The translations under genes were made by a program, and so were the position numbers. A stretch of 64,000 nt of DNA, from positions 59,892,001-59,956,000 of the forward strand of contig NC_043004.1 in assembly GCF_006345805.1 (NCBI RefSeq), written 5' to 3'. The notes beneath the pieces are model-generated. The model searched no databases. It had not been told where the DNA came from and saw only the letters and a program-made list of their open reading frames with translations. Positions within the stretch are counted from its first letter, which is position 1, and each line of letters starts with the position of its first letter. Of the stretch, positions 51,555 to 64,000 are shown piece by piece. This DNA comes from Octopus sinensis (lineage: Eukaryota).

Positions 51555-51907
51555 TTGGGTTGTCCGGAAAGTTTGTGCCGATTTTTAAAGGAAAGAAAAA
51601 GGTCAATGAATACTTGTCATTACACTTTTAATCAACCAAATATAAACCATTTTGTTGCACAATGCATCTCCACCTTTCCTTTAATTTGAAAAACACTCTT
51701 CCCAGAATTGAGGTGGTTTCATGGCAAAGAATTCATCAAGGTATCTTTTTACGTCATCCAAGGAATTGAAATTTTTACCATTAAGACTATTCTGCAGAGA
51801 CCTGAATAAGTGGAAATCCGAAGGAGCAATATCTGGTGAATATGGAGGGTGGGTTAACACATCCCAGCCGAGCTGCAGCAATTTTTGTCTGGTTCTCAAA
51901 GCATCAA
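51555..51907 (-). mobile_element. Mariner 3' fragment with TIR
   Basis: TA|TTGGGTTGTCCGGAAAG TIR; GWDVLTHPPYSPDIAPSDFHLFRSL. Confidence 0.9.
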
Positions 51908-52355
51908 GTGCGGAAAATGAACTTTCTTATCTTCTATTTTGAAGGGCTACAGAATTAGCACAGGTTATAGGAACATCAACATTCTTCCACGAAAAGTTAG
52001 CATAGCATGTGCTCTAAATGGAGGTGTAGTCAAATCCTATTTTATAGAGTCATCCATGTTCTGATATGAGTCGAAATCTAAGCTACTGTAAATCGGCATG
52101 AACTTTCCGAACAACACAATAATATTAGGTTTGCTCACACAGCGTTTGATTACACTGAGCATATCTGTTCTGGGTGGCATTGAGACATTTAGTGTTTTGA
52201 ATGTATTAATACATGTAGTTTGTGACCACTTTGCCCATGCGACAATATCACCAAAAACTAGAAGACCCAAAAAGCGTTAAATTAACCAATGTCAGATGAT
52301 ACAAACCTTCGGGGTTACTGCCGAAATTGCTATGTAAAGACAGGCGTAGATGAGG

Positions 52356-52534
52356 GCGCAGACGTGGCTCTGTAGTAAGAAGTTTGGTTCCCAAGTACAG
52401 GGATTCTGAGTTCATCATCACTGCGTTACACCTTCAACAAGTGTCTTGTTCTATAGTGTCTGGCCATTGACAGTCTCGTGACTGGATTTCGTAGACGGAA
52501 ACTGAAAGAAGCCCGTAGTAAAAAGCTCGTCGTA

Positions 52535-52535
<1 letters not shown>
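52356..52535 (+). mobile_element. Diverged SINE family A, 5' half
   Basis: Ends gtagacggaaactgaaagaagcccg then (TA)n. Confidence 0.7.
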
Positions 52536-52730
<195 letters not shown>

Positions 52731-53807
52731 GTGTTGTGTGTGTGTGTTTGTGTGAATATTTGTATGTGCGTATGCAAATGTGTGTATGTTTGTATTAGAT
52801 CAGTCTTTACACAGATCATTGTTAAATACAGTGGTCATCTCTGATCTGTCCACCAAGCCAATAGCTACTGCTTTTGACGATAATTCCTTGCATCTGTAAC
52901 GCTATGTTTATTATTTCTCAGTCTATATACCAATACATATCTGTGCATCGCTTAAGAATTCTATACGTCTAGCTTTCTCACACTCTCTCTCTGCCTCCGC
53001 CTCTCTATCTACATATATATATATCTGAGTGTGTGTCTATGAGTGTGTGCGTGTGTGCGTGTGCGTGTACAAGTGTGTGTAGTCAACCTATCATTAATTT
53101 TCTATTATATATTCTTCTCCGTTTTCACTTATATCTCACCATTTTCCTTGCAATTCATCTGTATATCTACCTCATCTTCTTAACTACATCTGTCTCTCTT
53201 ACTTTCTCTCACGTTTTCCTTTCCGTTCTTCTTTTCTTTATCTTGATATCTCCCTATCTTTGATGTTCAATGTCATTGTAGATGAATCACAAACAGACAC
53301 ATCCTTAAGGAATGCCCTCTACAAACATATTGATCTTAGCAAGATAAAGACACAAATAATTGGGTCATCAGGTATTTTTCTGATCTAGCTCGTCTTTGAA
53401 GTGATCAGACGTTTACTTCCTGAACACCTCCGCCTATCGATACAGCTGGTGTAGCAGTTATTGGAAATAATTTACTTTCAAACAGAAACAGAACGAAAAA
53501 TGAATTCAAAGAAACGAAATTATAAGAACACGAAGCAAAACAAATGTATTTCATTGAAAAAGTAAAAAAGTTTAAAAACTATATGTAATGCATTCTTGTG
53601 ACTGTCTTTGACTCTAAGCAGAATATACGGCTACATATAGTCGTATCTATATCACTATAAGTAAGAATATACGAATAAGGAATAAATATATGTCAAATAA
53701 ATACATATTATAGTAAATTCTTTATAACACACGCGCAAGCGCACAACCGCGCGATCACCTGCATATACACACATACATATTTATATATTGTGCAAATATA
53801 TATATAT

Positions 53808-54053
53808 GTGGAGCTGCGTGGCTTAGTGGTTAGTGTGTGCACTCACAATCGTAAGATTTTTGTTTCGATTCCTGGAACGGGGTTTTTTTCATTTGTCCAC
53901 TCAGCTGACAAAAATCAGAAATCCTATTATGGACCGACGTTTTGTCCGTCGCCGGCGTCCGTCTGTTGTAGCCATCCTGTCAAATGGCGTTTGGGAATGT
54001 ATTCGCTACAGAATCTGTAAACCGGGATTAGTAGCCTACGGCTCTAGAAGGGC
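53808..54053 (+). mobile_element. tRNA-headed SINE-like repeat
   Basis: TGGCTTAGTGG A box and GTTTCGATTCC B box; body differs from family C; 3' limit uncertain. Confidence 0.55.
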
Positions 54054-54091
54054 CTTTAATTATTCACTCACACACGCATACATATGTATAT

Positions 54092-54351
54092 ACTCTTTTT
54101 ATTCTTTACTCTCTTACTTGTTTCAGTCATTTCACTGTGGCCATGCTGGAGCACCGCCTTTCGTCGAGCAAATCGACCCCAGGACTTATTCTTTATAAGC
54201 CTAGTATTTATTCTATCGGTTGTCAGGTAATGTTGGGGGGACAAACACAGACACACAAACATATACACCCACACGTACACACACACACACACACACACAG
54301 ACACACACACACATATACATATATACGACGGGCTTCTTTCAGTCTCCGTCT
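54092..54351 (-). mobile_element. SINE family A, 3' part with internal deletion
   Basis: Deletion joins tctatcggt to tgtca. Confidence 0.8.
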
Positions 54352-54862
54352 AAGATCGTTATATATAAGATCGTTATATGCATCGCCTAAGGTGAGATCT
54401 GGAGCGAATATTCACAGATTTGTTTTTGATATGTAATTGCAGATTCATAGGTAAAATATGCTAATCGCTGTTGTAAATGTCAAAGGAGAAAAAACATCCC
54501 TTATTTATGACAAGAGTGAGTCTAACAAGCACTAGTCTTATTCACGCAGATGATTCTGAGATACCGGTGTTTCGACATGTATCTCATCGACCAAAAGTAC
54601 TCCGGACATTTAAGTCCAGCCAAACAAATGTTTTTGTTTATACTTTTAGCAAACAGTTTATTTGCTGATGGCTGCTTAAGTCTGCCAAGCGATATAACAT
54701 CATTCTTTGCACCGTGTAAAGCGAGATCTGTATACTTATTCTTAATACATCTATGCAGGTTTAGGTATGAGTTGTGATAGCCTTTGTCGAGCGCACCAAA
54801 GACGAAAAACTACTCACTTGTATGAGAATTATTTCATCCTTTAGAAGTAACAGTTGTGTGGT

Positions 54863-55133
54863 CCTTCTCGAGCCTCGCCTGGCTCATAGGGCCGGTTTCG
54901 CGGTCTCCTTGGCGTATAGGTTCCCCACCTGGACGGGACGCCGGTCCGTCGCAGTTGGGCTGCAAGGTGCAGGAGGAAAGAGTGAGAGAAAGTTGTGGTG
55001 AAAGACCCAGCCGGAGCCGCTTGGATCTTAGGTGTTTCGCTCATAAACACACGCATCGCCCGGTCTGAGATTCGAACCCGCGCTCCCTCGACCACGAGTC
55101 CGCTGCTCTAACCACTAGCCCATGTGCCTCCAC
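54863..55133 (-). mobile_element. SINE family C, full length
   Basis: GTGGAGGCACATGGGCTAGTGG head, GGTTCGAATCT B box. Confidence 0.85.
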
Positions 55134-56977
55134 TGTACGAGGATAGTGTGTTAAATACAATCGACTCATGTGTATATGTATGTGCCTGTATATATATATA
55201 TATGTGTGTGTTTGTGTAAGCGTGTATGTGTGTGTGTACGTATAACTAGAATAAGCACCAGGCTTGCCAACATGTAGTGGAGTAGATTTATCCGATAAAA
55301 CGTTTCGATCCGTTAACGAATGACTGAAAAAAACAGAAAGAGATTTAAAATAATTATATTTGATGTATTGCCAAAATGTGGTAGATTAATGATATACATC
55401 ATAGGTATTGCTGAAAACTTACACCATTGATACTAAATTTATATTTCATTGCGAAATTTATATGATTTCATTTCAGTCTTATAAAGAAAAAGCAACTATT
55501 GTTTGAAATATGTAGAAAAATCTCCATTTACTACAGAATATGTTGACTCATCAATGCCCCGCTGATATGATAACAAATGTTGCACCGTTATGAAAGCCAG
55601 TGATATCTGCAGCATCAGTTAAACTACTTCAAAGAGATCTATCCTTTGATGTAGTGCCTTAATCCCAATTTTATGTAGGAGTGGGGGTACAAACACGTCG
55701 ATTGTCGTTCCACAGTAGTATTTATCTGTTTCACATATGTGGAGAAAAACGGGGTCTCATTGCAACTCATTTGAATACATTTACCGCTGAGAAGCCTACT
55801 GATCACTGAGAATGTTCATAAAAATCCGAACAATCTCGATTTGATTATAATGTAGAGGAGGAGAAGAAGGAGGAAGCATACAAGAGAGGACGGGGATGAT
55901 AACGACGGGGGCGGGGAGGATAGTAATAGAATATTTCTACATATATAAGTACTCTTGATAAAAAAGATAACACGGTGCATTTCAAACGAATCCTTCATTT
56001 TCTTTATTATGCGCTCAAAATAATATTTATTCTGCCATTTTAACCATAAAAATATAGTGACCAGTGATTTTTGTGATGGAAATACGTACTTAATGGCGCT
56101 ATTTTCCACCCTTCTGATATAATATAATTACAATATAACAGCTAGCGTTAATATGAAAATATACGAAATATATATATAAAGCTAAAGTTGTCTGTGTATG
56201 GCAGGTTTGGTAGCTTTCAACCAATATTATCCCCTCCGAGACCCTGCGGCGCAAGTTGACCAAAATTGAGAGTATGATAGAAGGCTTGCTCTTCCTTCCG
56301 TAGAAGAAAAAATTCAAATCGGACCATGGTAACACCAAAACGTATTTACACGAAGAGGTGATTTTTTTTCTATGAAAATCCCTATTATTTACGATTTTTT
56401 GATTGCTGTGTCGCCATTTTTCGGTGTATTTCAACCAGAAAGATGTTCACTTAAACAGAATAAGAAGCTAAATATTGCAAAATTTTTACTTTCCAAAAAT
56501 TCCAATTCTAAACGGTCAAAACAAGTTTAAGAATAATTTCACAAAATCTTTCTTTGAAAATTGTCTGTAATATACATTCTGTTTACACGGACGTCTTTGC
56601 AGTAACTTGATAACACAATCTTTACACATCCCTCTAATATAGAAAAAATGTGTATATACTCAAATACATCCCTAGTTGGATAGAGTTGCAAATGTGAAAG
56701 GTACTGAAATGAATCAACATGAGACAGAATCAATGAAAAGGCAGAAATAAGCAACATTTTCCTTATATATTGATGCATACATGAAAATTAAATAACATAC
56801 TTAATGCGCCCTGTATATATACTTACAGGTTTGCATAAATGCAGATATGTTTTACATATATATAAGTATATATATATACGTGTGTGTGTGGGCGTGTGCA
56901 CGCGTATGTAGTACGCATATGTTAGAGTTTAAGGGTGTGTATACACACACACACAGAAATATATATATGCATGTATG

Positions 56978-57033
<56 letters not shown>

Positions 57034-57617
57034 AACTCACTAGTATGCACACACACTCACACATATACACATACGTATATATGGATTGAATAGATATATT
57101 CGAATACATATGTGTGTGTGTGTGCGCGCGCGCGCATAAAGCAAGAACATGTGCACGAGCGATAGAGAAAGAAGAAGGGAGAAAGAGAGTAATTGAAAAC
57201 AGGTTCGATGGTTGGGTGAGAGAAGAACAAAGGCCAAGCTAGTATTTGAAAGCGAAAAGGAGGAAATCGGAGATAATTTTAAAAGTTCAGAACCTAACAA
57301 GTTTAATGTTGTTTATTCAAATTAGCAAATCTCTCTAAGTCCACTCTACTAAAGTGTAAGATCAATATCATCACAGCGCTGCTCTTCCTTTGATATTACT
57401 CATTGATCTATGTTTACATTCGATATATTAAATCCGACGAAACAGGCTTGCTGTCATTTTGAAATGAACCATTTTGCAGGCGCTCATCTATTACTATATA
57501 AAAGTGCGTTTGGGTTTTTGTTTTAAAGAACCGACGGATATTTTATACTCGTTTCCATCCGTGCTTTTGTGTTCGTGTGTCTGACATATATCGTTGCACA
57601 CAATATCTGTTGGTATA

Positions 57618-57650
<33 letters not shown>

Positions 57651-57652
<2 letters not shown>

Positions 57653-57752
57653 AATGAAAGAATGGTGTCGAACGAATATGTTAACAAAATTCCTTTACTC
57701 TCGACACATGCTGACGATAAACATAGGATAATTCATTCACCTACTTAAATAT
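57651..57752 (-). mobile_element. Internally deleted copy of the 28891-29170 element
   Basis: taaatgaaag...ttaacaaaattccttta(t/c)tctcgaca(t/c)atg and gataattcattca(a/c)ctacttaaatat are shared; ribozyme core absent. Confidence 0.75.
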
Positions 57753-58030
<278 letters not shown>

Positions 58031-58259
58031 ATACACAGCATGCATATGTCTCTGTGTATGTATACGTTTGTAATGGTATGCGTGTGTAGTTTTACATCGT
58101 TCCTTAATGCAACAGAAAAAGGAAAAAAAAATCTTTATTCATACATACGTAAATGTATAGATGAATGTGTGCGCGTGTGTGTGTGCGTTAGCAAATTCAC
58201 GGGTGATCTGAGAGTAATGCGAATCATTCAGCACTGCAGTCGTTCCTTACTACTACAAA

Positions 58260-58280
58260 ACTAAAGCCAACAACAACAGG

Positions 58281-58312
<32 letters not shown>

Positions 58313-58339
58313 TTGCTGCTGCTGCTGCTGCTGCTGCTG

Positions 58340-58430
<91 letters not shown>

Positions 58431-58450
58431 AGCTGCTGCTGCAGCTAACA
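58260..58450. repeat. (CTA)n/(CTG)n compound microsatellite
   Basis: Read directly from the sequence. Confidence 0.92.
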
Positions 58451-58625
58451 TACAACTACAAGCGCTTTTGCTAATGCTGTGCTGTAATGACTATTCACAT
58501 CAACACCAACAACATCAAAAATGTATGTACCAAATCCAGTATTACATATTTTAACGGAAATTTTGAAAATTAGGATATGTTTTATAGCCTGATGCATTAA
58601 TGATTCTACCAGCTCCCCGTCTTGA

Positions 58626-58779
<154 letters not shown>

Positions 58780-59270
58780 ACGCCCTGATGCAGTACCAGA
58801 CAGTGGCTCTCATAACTGCTGATCTTAACTGATTGGAAGTGTTATGTACATTATTTTGTCTTGGTATAAAAGATGGGCTACAGCAAATATTCTGCTCAAT
58901 ACCACATATTTCCTTGTCAGTTGTTTGACTTTAACCAGTTGAGCATGTCCCTTAGTGGGTGATGAAATGTGCATCTCTGTTCATGAACAGAAGTAGTGGG
59001 GGAGCATCATACCTTTCTATTGAAAGGACATTTTAGAGGTTTGGATAATTCACGTTTGGAAACATGGGTTTTTTCGTTCAACATCCTTGAACAATCCTTA
59101 TTCAGGGACCTTTTGAGCGGGGTGGGCGACTCGACCAGAAGAAAATTCTAACTGGGACCCACCTGCAAGGTTCTGTGCTGTTTATCTTGATATGAGATCA
59201 CCATATCGTGCACATATAGTTGTAAGGCATGTCTCTGGTGTACCTTTATCAGACGGGTAGTCATGATGGG
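58780..59270 (+). mobile_element. Non-autonomous (TAA)n-associated repeat, lacking the 3' end seen at 17423-17614
   Basis: Starts immediately after (TAA)n; last ~128 bp overlap the 17423 copy; no ORF and no Pol III boxes seen. Confidence 0.7.
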
Positions 59271-61198
59271 AAAACTATCCTAAATCTCAAATCCAATGAA
59301 ACGGCAAACCAACAAAAGTACCAAGCGATACCTTGTCTCCCTACAATTTACAAAGCCTTTACTGCAATAATATCGCAGAGAATGGACAAATATCTGGAAG
59401 AAAGCAATATGTTTCCAGAAGAGCAGAGGGTGATGTTGCAAGGTCCCATACGGCTATTGATCAACAAAGTCATAATTGAAGACACCCAAAGTTAAACGAT
59501 GGTGTTCTAAGCATGATTTGGACCGAATATCGAAAGTGTTTTGATAGTATTCTTCTCACTTGGATTATAGAAACACTGGCCATGATTAAGTAACTCCAAC
59601 AATCATAAAATATATCAAACATTCCACGAATCAATGGCATACAGTGCTACAGCTCCATGTAAATGAGGGATTAATAAAAACCAAAGCCATCGTCACTGGA
59701 AGAGTAATATTCCAGGGGCCCTCTCTCTCTCCACTCCTTTTCTACTTGGCACAAACTCCTTTATCTGATATGCTAAACAGAGCTGGATGCGGATAGAACT
59801 GCTACGGCAAAACAATCAATTATCTCTTGAATATGTAGGATCTAAAACTTTATGCTGCAAATAGCAAGTGGCTGGAAACATTGCTACAGACAGAGGATGG
59901 ATTTACCAAAAATATAAACATGAAATTCGGCTTAGAAAAACATGCCAGAGCAACATTGAAAAGAGGAAAACCAGTTTACAGTAACAATATCACACTAGAT
60001 AAAGCAAATGAAATAAGAGAATTAGACTAAAGTCAGACATACAAATACTAAGGAATTAATGAACTAGATACGACCCAACACACACAAATGAAAGAGAAGA
60101 TAAGGAAGAAATATTATAGACGAGTTGGATTAATACGGAAAATAGAGCTCATAGCGAAAAACAAGACAAGTATCAACACTATAGCAGTCTTAGTTATATG
60201 TTACAGCGAGAATAATCTTAACTGAACTCTAAATGAACTAATCAAACTAGACAGGGAAACAAGAGAAACGATTGCAGAATTTAGCGTGCACCATGCAAAA
60301 TCTAGCATAGAATGGTTATATATACAACGTATTGAAGATGAAGAGGTTTGTATAGCTAGAAAATTATTATAAATCAACCGCCACAGGATTACAGAAACAC
60401 CTAATTCCGAAGCAAGGAAAGCTGATACAAATAGCCAGAAAATACAGTCAGCAAAATTATCTGTTTCGTGTCTTTCAGGAACCTGACAAGACCCAAAATG
60501 AAGTCATAGTATCTGACAACTATGAAGGAAAAGAAGAAACAACAAAAGCTGTAAAACAACTGAAATCTAAAACTTAAAATTGAACAACAACGTATGATAA
60601 AACGATGACAAGAAAAGTCCTTACATGAAAAATATTGGGTGAATTTAAACAGAAAATCAATAGACAAATTAAATTCGCAAGAATGTTTAAGGAGCTCAAG
60701 ATTGAAAGCAGAGACTAAAATACTTTTAATTGCAGCTCCAGATTAATGCCTTCCCACCACAAATCACCAAAAACTCATAATTAAAAATAAATACAAGTAA
60801 CTGCAGATTATGTGGTGATGGAGAAGAAACAATAAATCATATTGACTCTGGCTGCCTAGTCCTGTCTAAGAAGGAATATATTCTCAGATATGACAGAGTT
60901 GGAAGCTGTGTACATCGGAAAGGATGGCAACACTATGGAATAACAATAGAAAAAGCATGGTATAGGCACACCCCAGAAAAGGTCTCAAAAAATAAGAAAG
61001 CAACAGTAATCTGTGATATGTCAATACACACAGATAGTGTGTATAGCCGGATATAGTTCTTAGACATCACCAAGAAAAATGCCTTCTAATCGATTTATCA
61101 ATACCAACGGATGACAATGCATCTTTAAAAGAAACGGAGAAACTATCAAAATGCAAAATCTGAAAATAGAGGTAACTCGAATATGGAGCCTAAAAATA
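59268..61198 (+). mobile_element. Decayed R4/Dong-type LINE (RT through endonuclease)
   Basis: IPCLPTIYKAFTAIIS...FPEEQ, IFQG, DLKLYA, KFGLEK; 60530-61198 is colinear with 16431-17110; many stops and frameshifts. Confidence 0.88.
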
Positions 61199-61384
61199 CA
61201 TTGGCAGACCACTTACAGGAGGAATATGTCCTAACATTAAGCGAAATTAAGGGCTATAAATTTGATATACCTTGAAAATATACATGTATTCAACAAAGGT
61301 ACTTAACTGTGCGTTTTCAACAAACAAGTTAATTGGAAAATTTCTCCCACCGAAAAGAAGAAAAGGATATCCGACTTGATAGAA

Positions 61385-61670
61385 GTGAAGGCGCAATGGC
61401 CGAGTGGTTAGGGAAGCGGTCTCGCGGTCGGAGGATCGTGGTTTCGATTCCCAGACGAGCATTATGTGTGTTTATTGAGCGAAAACACCTAAAGCTCCAC
61501 GAGGCTCCGGCAGGGCATGGTGGCAACACCCGTTGTACTCTTTCGCCCCAACTTTCTCTCACTCTTTCTTACTGTTTCTTGAGTAACGCTGCGATGGACT
61601 GGCGGGGAACACATACGCCACAGAAACCGGGAAACCGGGCCCATGAGCCTGGCTAGGCTTGAAAACGGCG
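61385..61670 (+). mobile_element. SINE family C, full length
   Basis: TGGCCGAGTGG A box, GGTTTCGATTCC B box, body shared with three other copies. Confidence 0.88.
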
Positions 61671-61754
61671 AATAACATAATAACTTGATATAAAAGTTTA
61701 ATTATAAAACCATGCCACATTGATTTCCCTTCTTTATTGCTTTTCTTTGTTTGC

Positions 61755-61808
61755 TTTATTCTTTTAATGGTTTCAGTCCCAGGGCTGCAGCCATACTGGA
61801 GCACTGCC
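61755..61808 (-). mobile_element. SINE family A 3' fragment
   Basis: gtttcagtc...gctgcagccatactggagcactgcc. Confidence 0.55.
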
Positions 61809-63479
61809 TGAGCTCATATACGAACTTGGCAGTAAGTTGGTCTATGATTGAATTTGTAGCAGCTGATCTTCCCTGAGTGTATCGTCCAGTGCTTGACTGG
61901 TCCGGTATCATCGTTCGCAGTTTATCTAATGTTATTTTTAAATTCTATGTTGTAAACAACTTTCTGATTTTAGTAAAGGTCCCGTGTACAGAATGTATCC
62001 CTGTGAGGCATTGGCATCGTGTAAAATATGACGCTCCGTATCGAAATCTGTCTTGAGTAATTAAAAAGAAAACAAAAGAAAATCAAATACAACAATAAAA
62101 AAATAAAAAAACATTTGACCACGATTTTCAAAACCGTAACTTTGTAAATGTCAGTCTGAGACAGAGAATACAGATTAAATATGTTGCAACACACGTTACA
62201 CTAAGAATCCAGCTGAACAGAAAAGATTAGCTGTGAATGTATGTATTTATTTATATGTGTGTATTTATTTAGATGTGAATGTATGTATTTATTTATGTAT
62301 ACATACATACATATATACATACATTATACATACAAGTATATATATGTACGTACGTACTCACATAAATACATACATACATATGTGTCTGTGCTTGTTTGCG
62401 CATATTTGTATGTATATGTATGTGTATTTATGTGCGTGTGTGTGTATGTTTGTGTGTGTGCGTGTGTAAATTCATGGTTCACACAGACGTACATATAGTA
62501 AATTTCTTCTAGAATTGAGAGCTTTGTATTGTTTTTCATTAATTCTCGTAAATCTACAACGGAAAGAAATAAGAAATGGTGATATAAGCACATATTTAGA
62601 GGCACACATCTTTAGGCAAAGGCATGCCTATCTACCAGCATAGCTATATGGATAGATAAACCCGACACACCTACGCACATATCATAGTTCGGAAGTGGCA
62701 GGCAAGCAATAGAAAAAGTGAAAAGTATCCATTCAGACATTAAGGATCCTCAACGCGAACACAGAAATATACGCCATCAATCAAATCACTGAAAGCGTAT
62801 ACATACCGATGTATGTATACCTACAGAAATATACAAAAAACAAAAATGGTACCCACTACATCATAATCCATATATTTCAGGCCTTCTTCAGTCTTGTCAG
62901 GACTAAACATCAACATGATCCTCAGGTATTCATATAAATTTTGACCTGTACACACAGTATTCTCCACCAGCAAAGAAGTTTCTTAGCTATACATAAAATT
63001 CTAATGACCCTCACAGCAGCATTGTATATTCTGGGGCGGAATTCTACAGCATGCCTTGTTGGGGACAAAATGGGAATAGAAAAGGCGCTAGTGAATATCG
63101 AAGGGGCATATGGTGTAACTTATTCGTACGACGGATAGAAACCTATCATCGTAAATAGTCTCGAAGAAAAAAATATCTCGAAAATAATTTCTCCTGTGGT
63201 TACAGGAATTTATTCCTATTCATACACTACGTAGGGATCGTTGGGAATAAATCGATTGAATCTAATGGCAACACAGTGGCATTTGACACCACTGTTTGCT
63301 TAGTTTAAACATAGAGTTCGAAATGTCTCAAACATACACTAAAATCCATTCTACTAAATTATATATTCTTTCAAAATATAAACCTATGCACATATATATA
63401 TATATATATATATATATCTACATATAAACAAACAAACATATACATATACATACATACACATATATATATATGTATATAT

Positions 63480-63655
63480 ATAATACAAAAAGTGACAACA
63501 AAACATCCAGATAGACGATACAAAAAAACAAGGACGGGTCATTGGAAGCTTTTTATCCTCAGTCAAGAAACGGATCATCCTCGCAATTTGGGCTGATTAA
63601 TCTTGATATTGCTCCAATCTGGCCAGCCCCGAGGAAAAACTAAGCTAAGAGCTTT
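63480..63655. repeat. Dispersed repeat, second copy of 20620-20850
   Basis: See 20620-20850. Confidence 0.55.
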
Positions 63656-64000
63656 AGTTGGATTTCGTATTAGATATCTATTAGGTACAACATATATTTG
63701 GACCCATCAGTCTGGGTCTCCTACTACTTTCGCTTTCCTCTAAGCAGTTATGAGAGCGAAAGATGATTACGTCAATATTATCGAAACTGGAACGCAAGAT
63801 TTCCACGTTCATACTTCAACTTTTTACTTTTCAATAATTTTATTTACTTTTATTCATTCCCTAACTTGATGGGTCATATAACAAAGCCAGCCAATAAAAC
63901 TGGCTAATGTGACTTCTGTACCGAAGATACCCATACGTTGTACCCATTAAAAGTGTAATACGTAATCCATCTTCTATTATTAATTAATACTATTACCCTA

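Noticed and set aside
51910-52345. Unique-looking segment with short ORFs
   Set aside because: No recognisable motif, and stops occur in all frames.
61385-61455. tRNA-like segments here and at 2990-3060, 53808 and 55060-55133
   Set aside because: A/B boxes are present, but I could not form a complete cloverleaf and each continues into a SINE body.
62868-62895. Minus-strand CUGAAGA-AGGCCU-GAAAU
   Set aside because: No loop for stem II, no valid UH cleavage site and no stem I.

Overview
AT-rich, repeat-dominated eukaryotic DNA with no confidently supported host protein-coding gene, tRNA, rRNA or CRISPR array. The SINE families and microsatellite load look like an octopus (coleoid cephalopod) genome; that assignment is recognition, not a database result. 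The window holds dozens of microsatellites and three abundant tRNA-derived SINE families. It also contains decayed Tc1 (DD34E, IR/DR termini), mariner and maT-like transposons, a Tc1/mariner MITE, a complete non-autonomous Helitron, a CR1-type LINE, three R4/Dong-type LINE pieces (two in (TAA)n tracts) and three Penelope-like (GIY-YIG) remnants. The most notable signal is a set of type I hammerhead ribozyme motifs in several unrelated non-coding elements set in TA-rich microsatellites. One has a fully canonical core (28937-29019). Another lies in a 442-bp near-perfect palindrome (19804-20245), and a second copy of that element (32359-32758) is circularly permuted, implying a ~490-nt head-to-tail, retrozyme-like monomer. 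All well-formed ribozyme motifs are on the minus strand. All alignments and folds were done by eye, and most boundaries are approximate.
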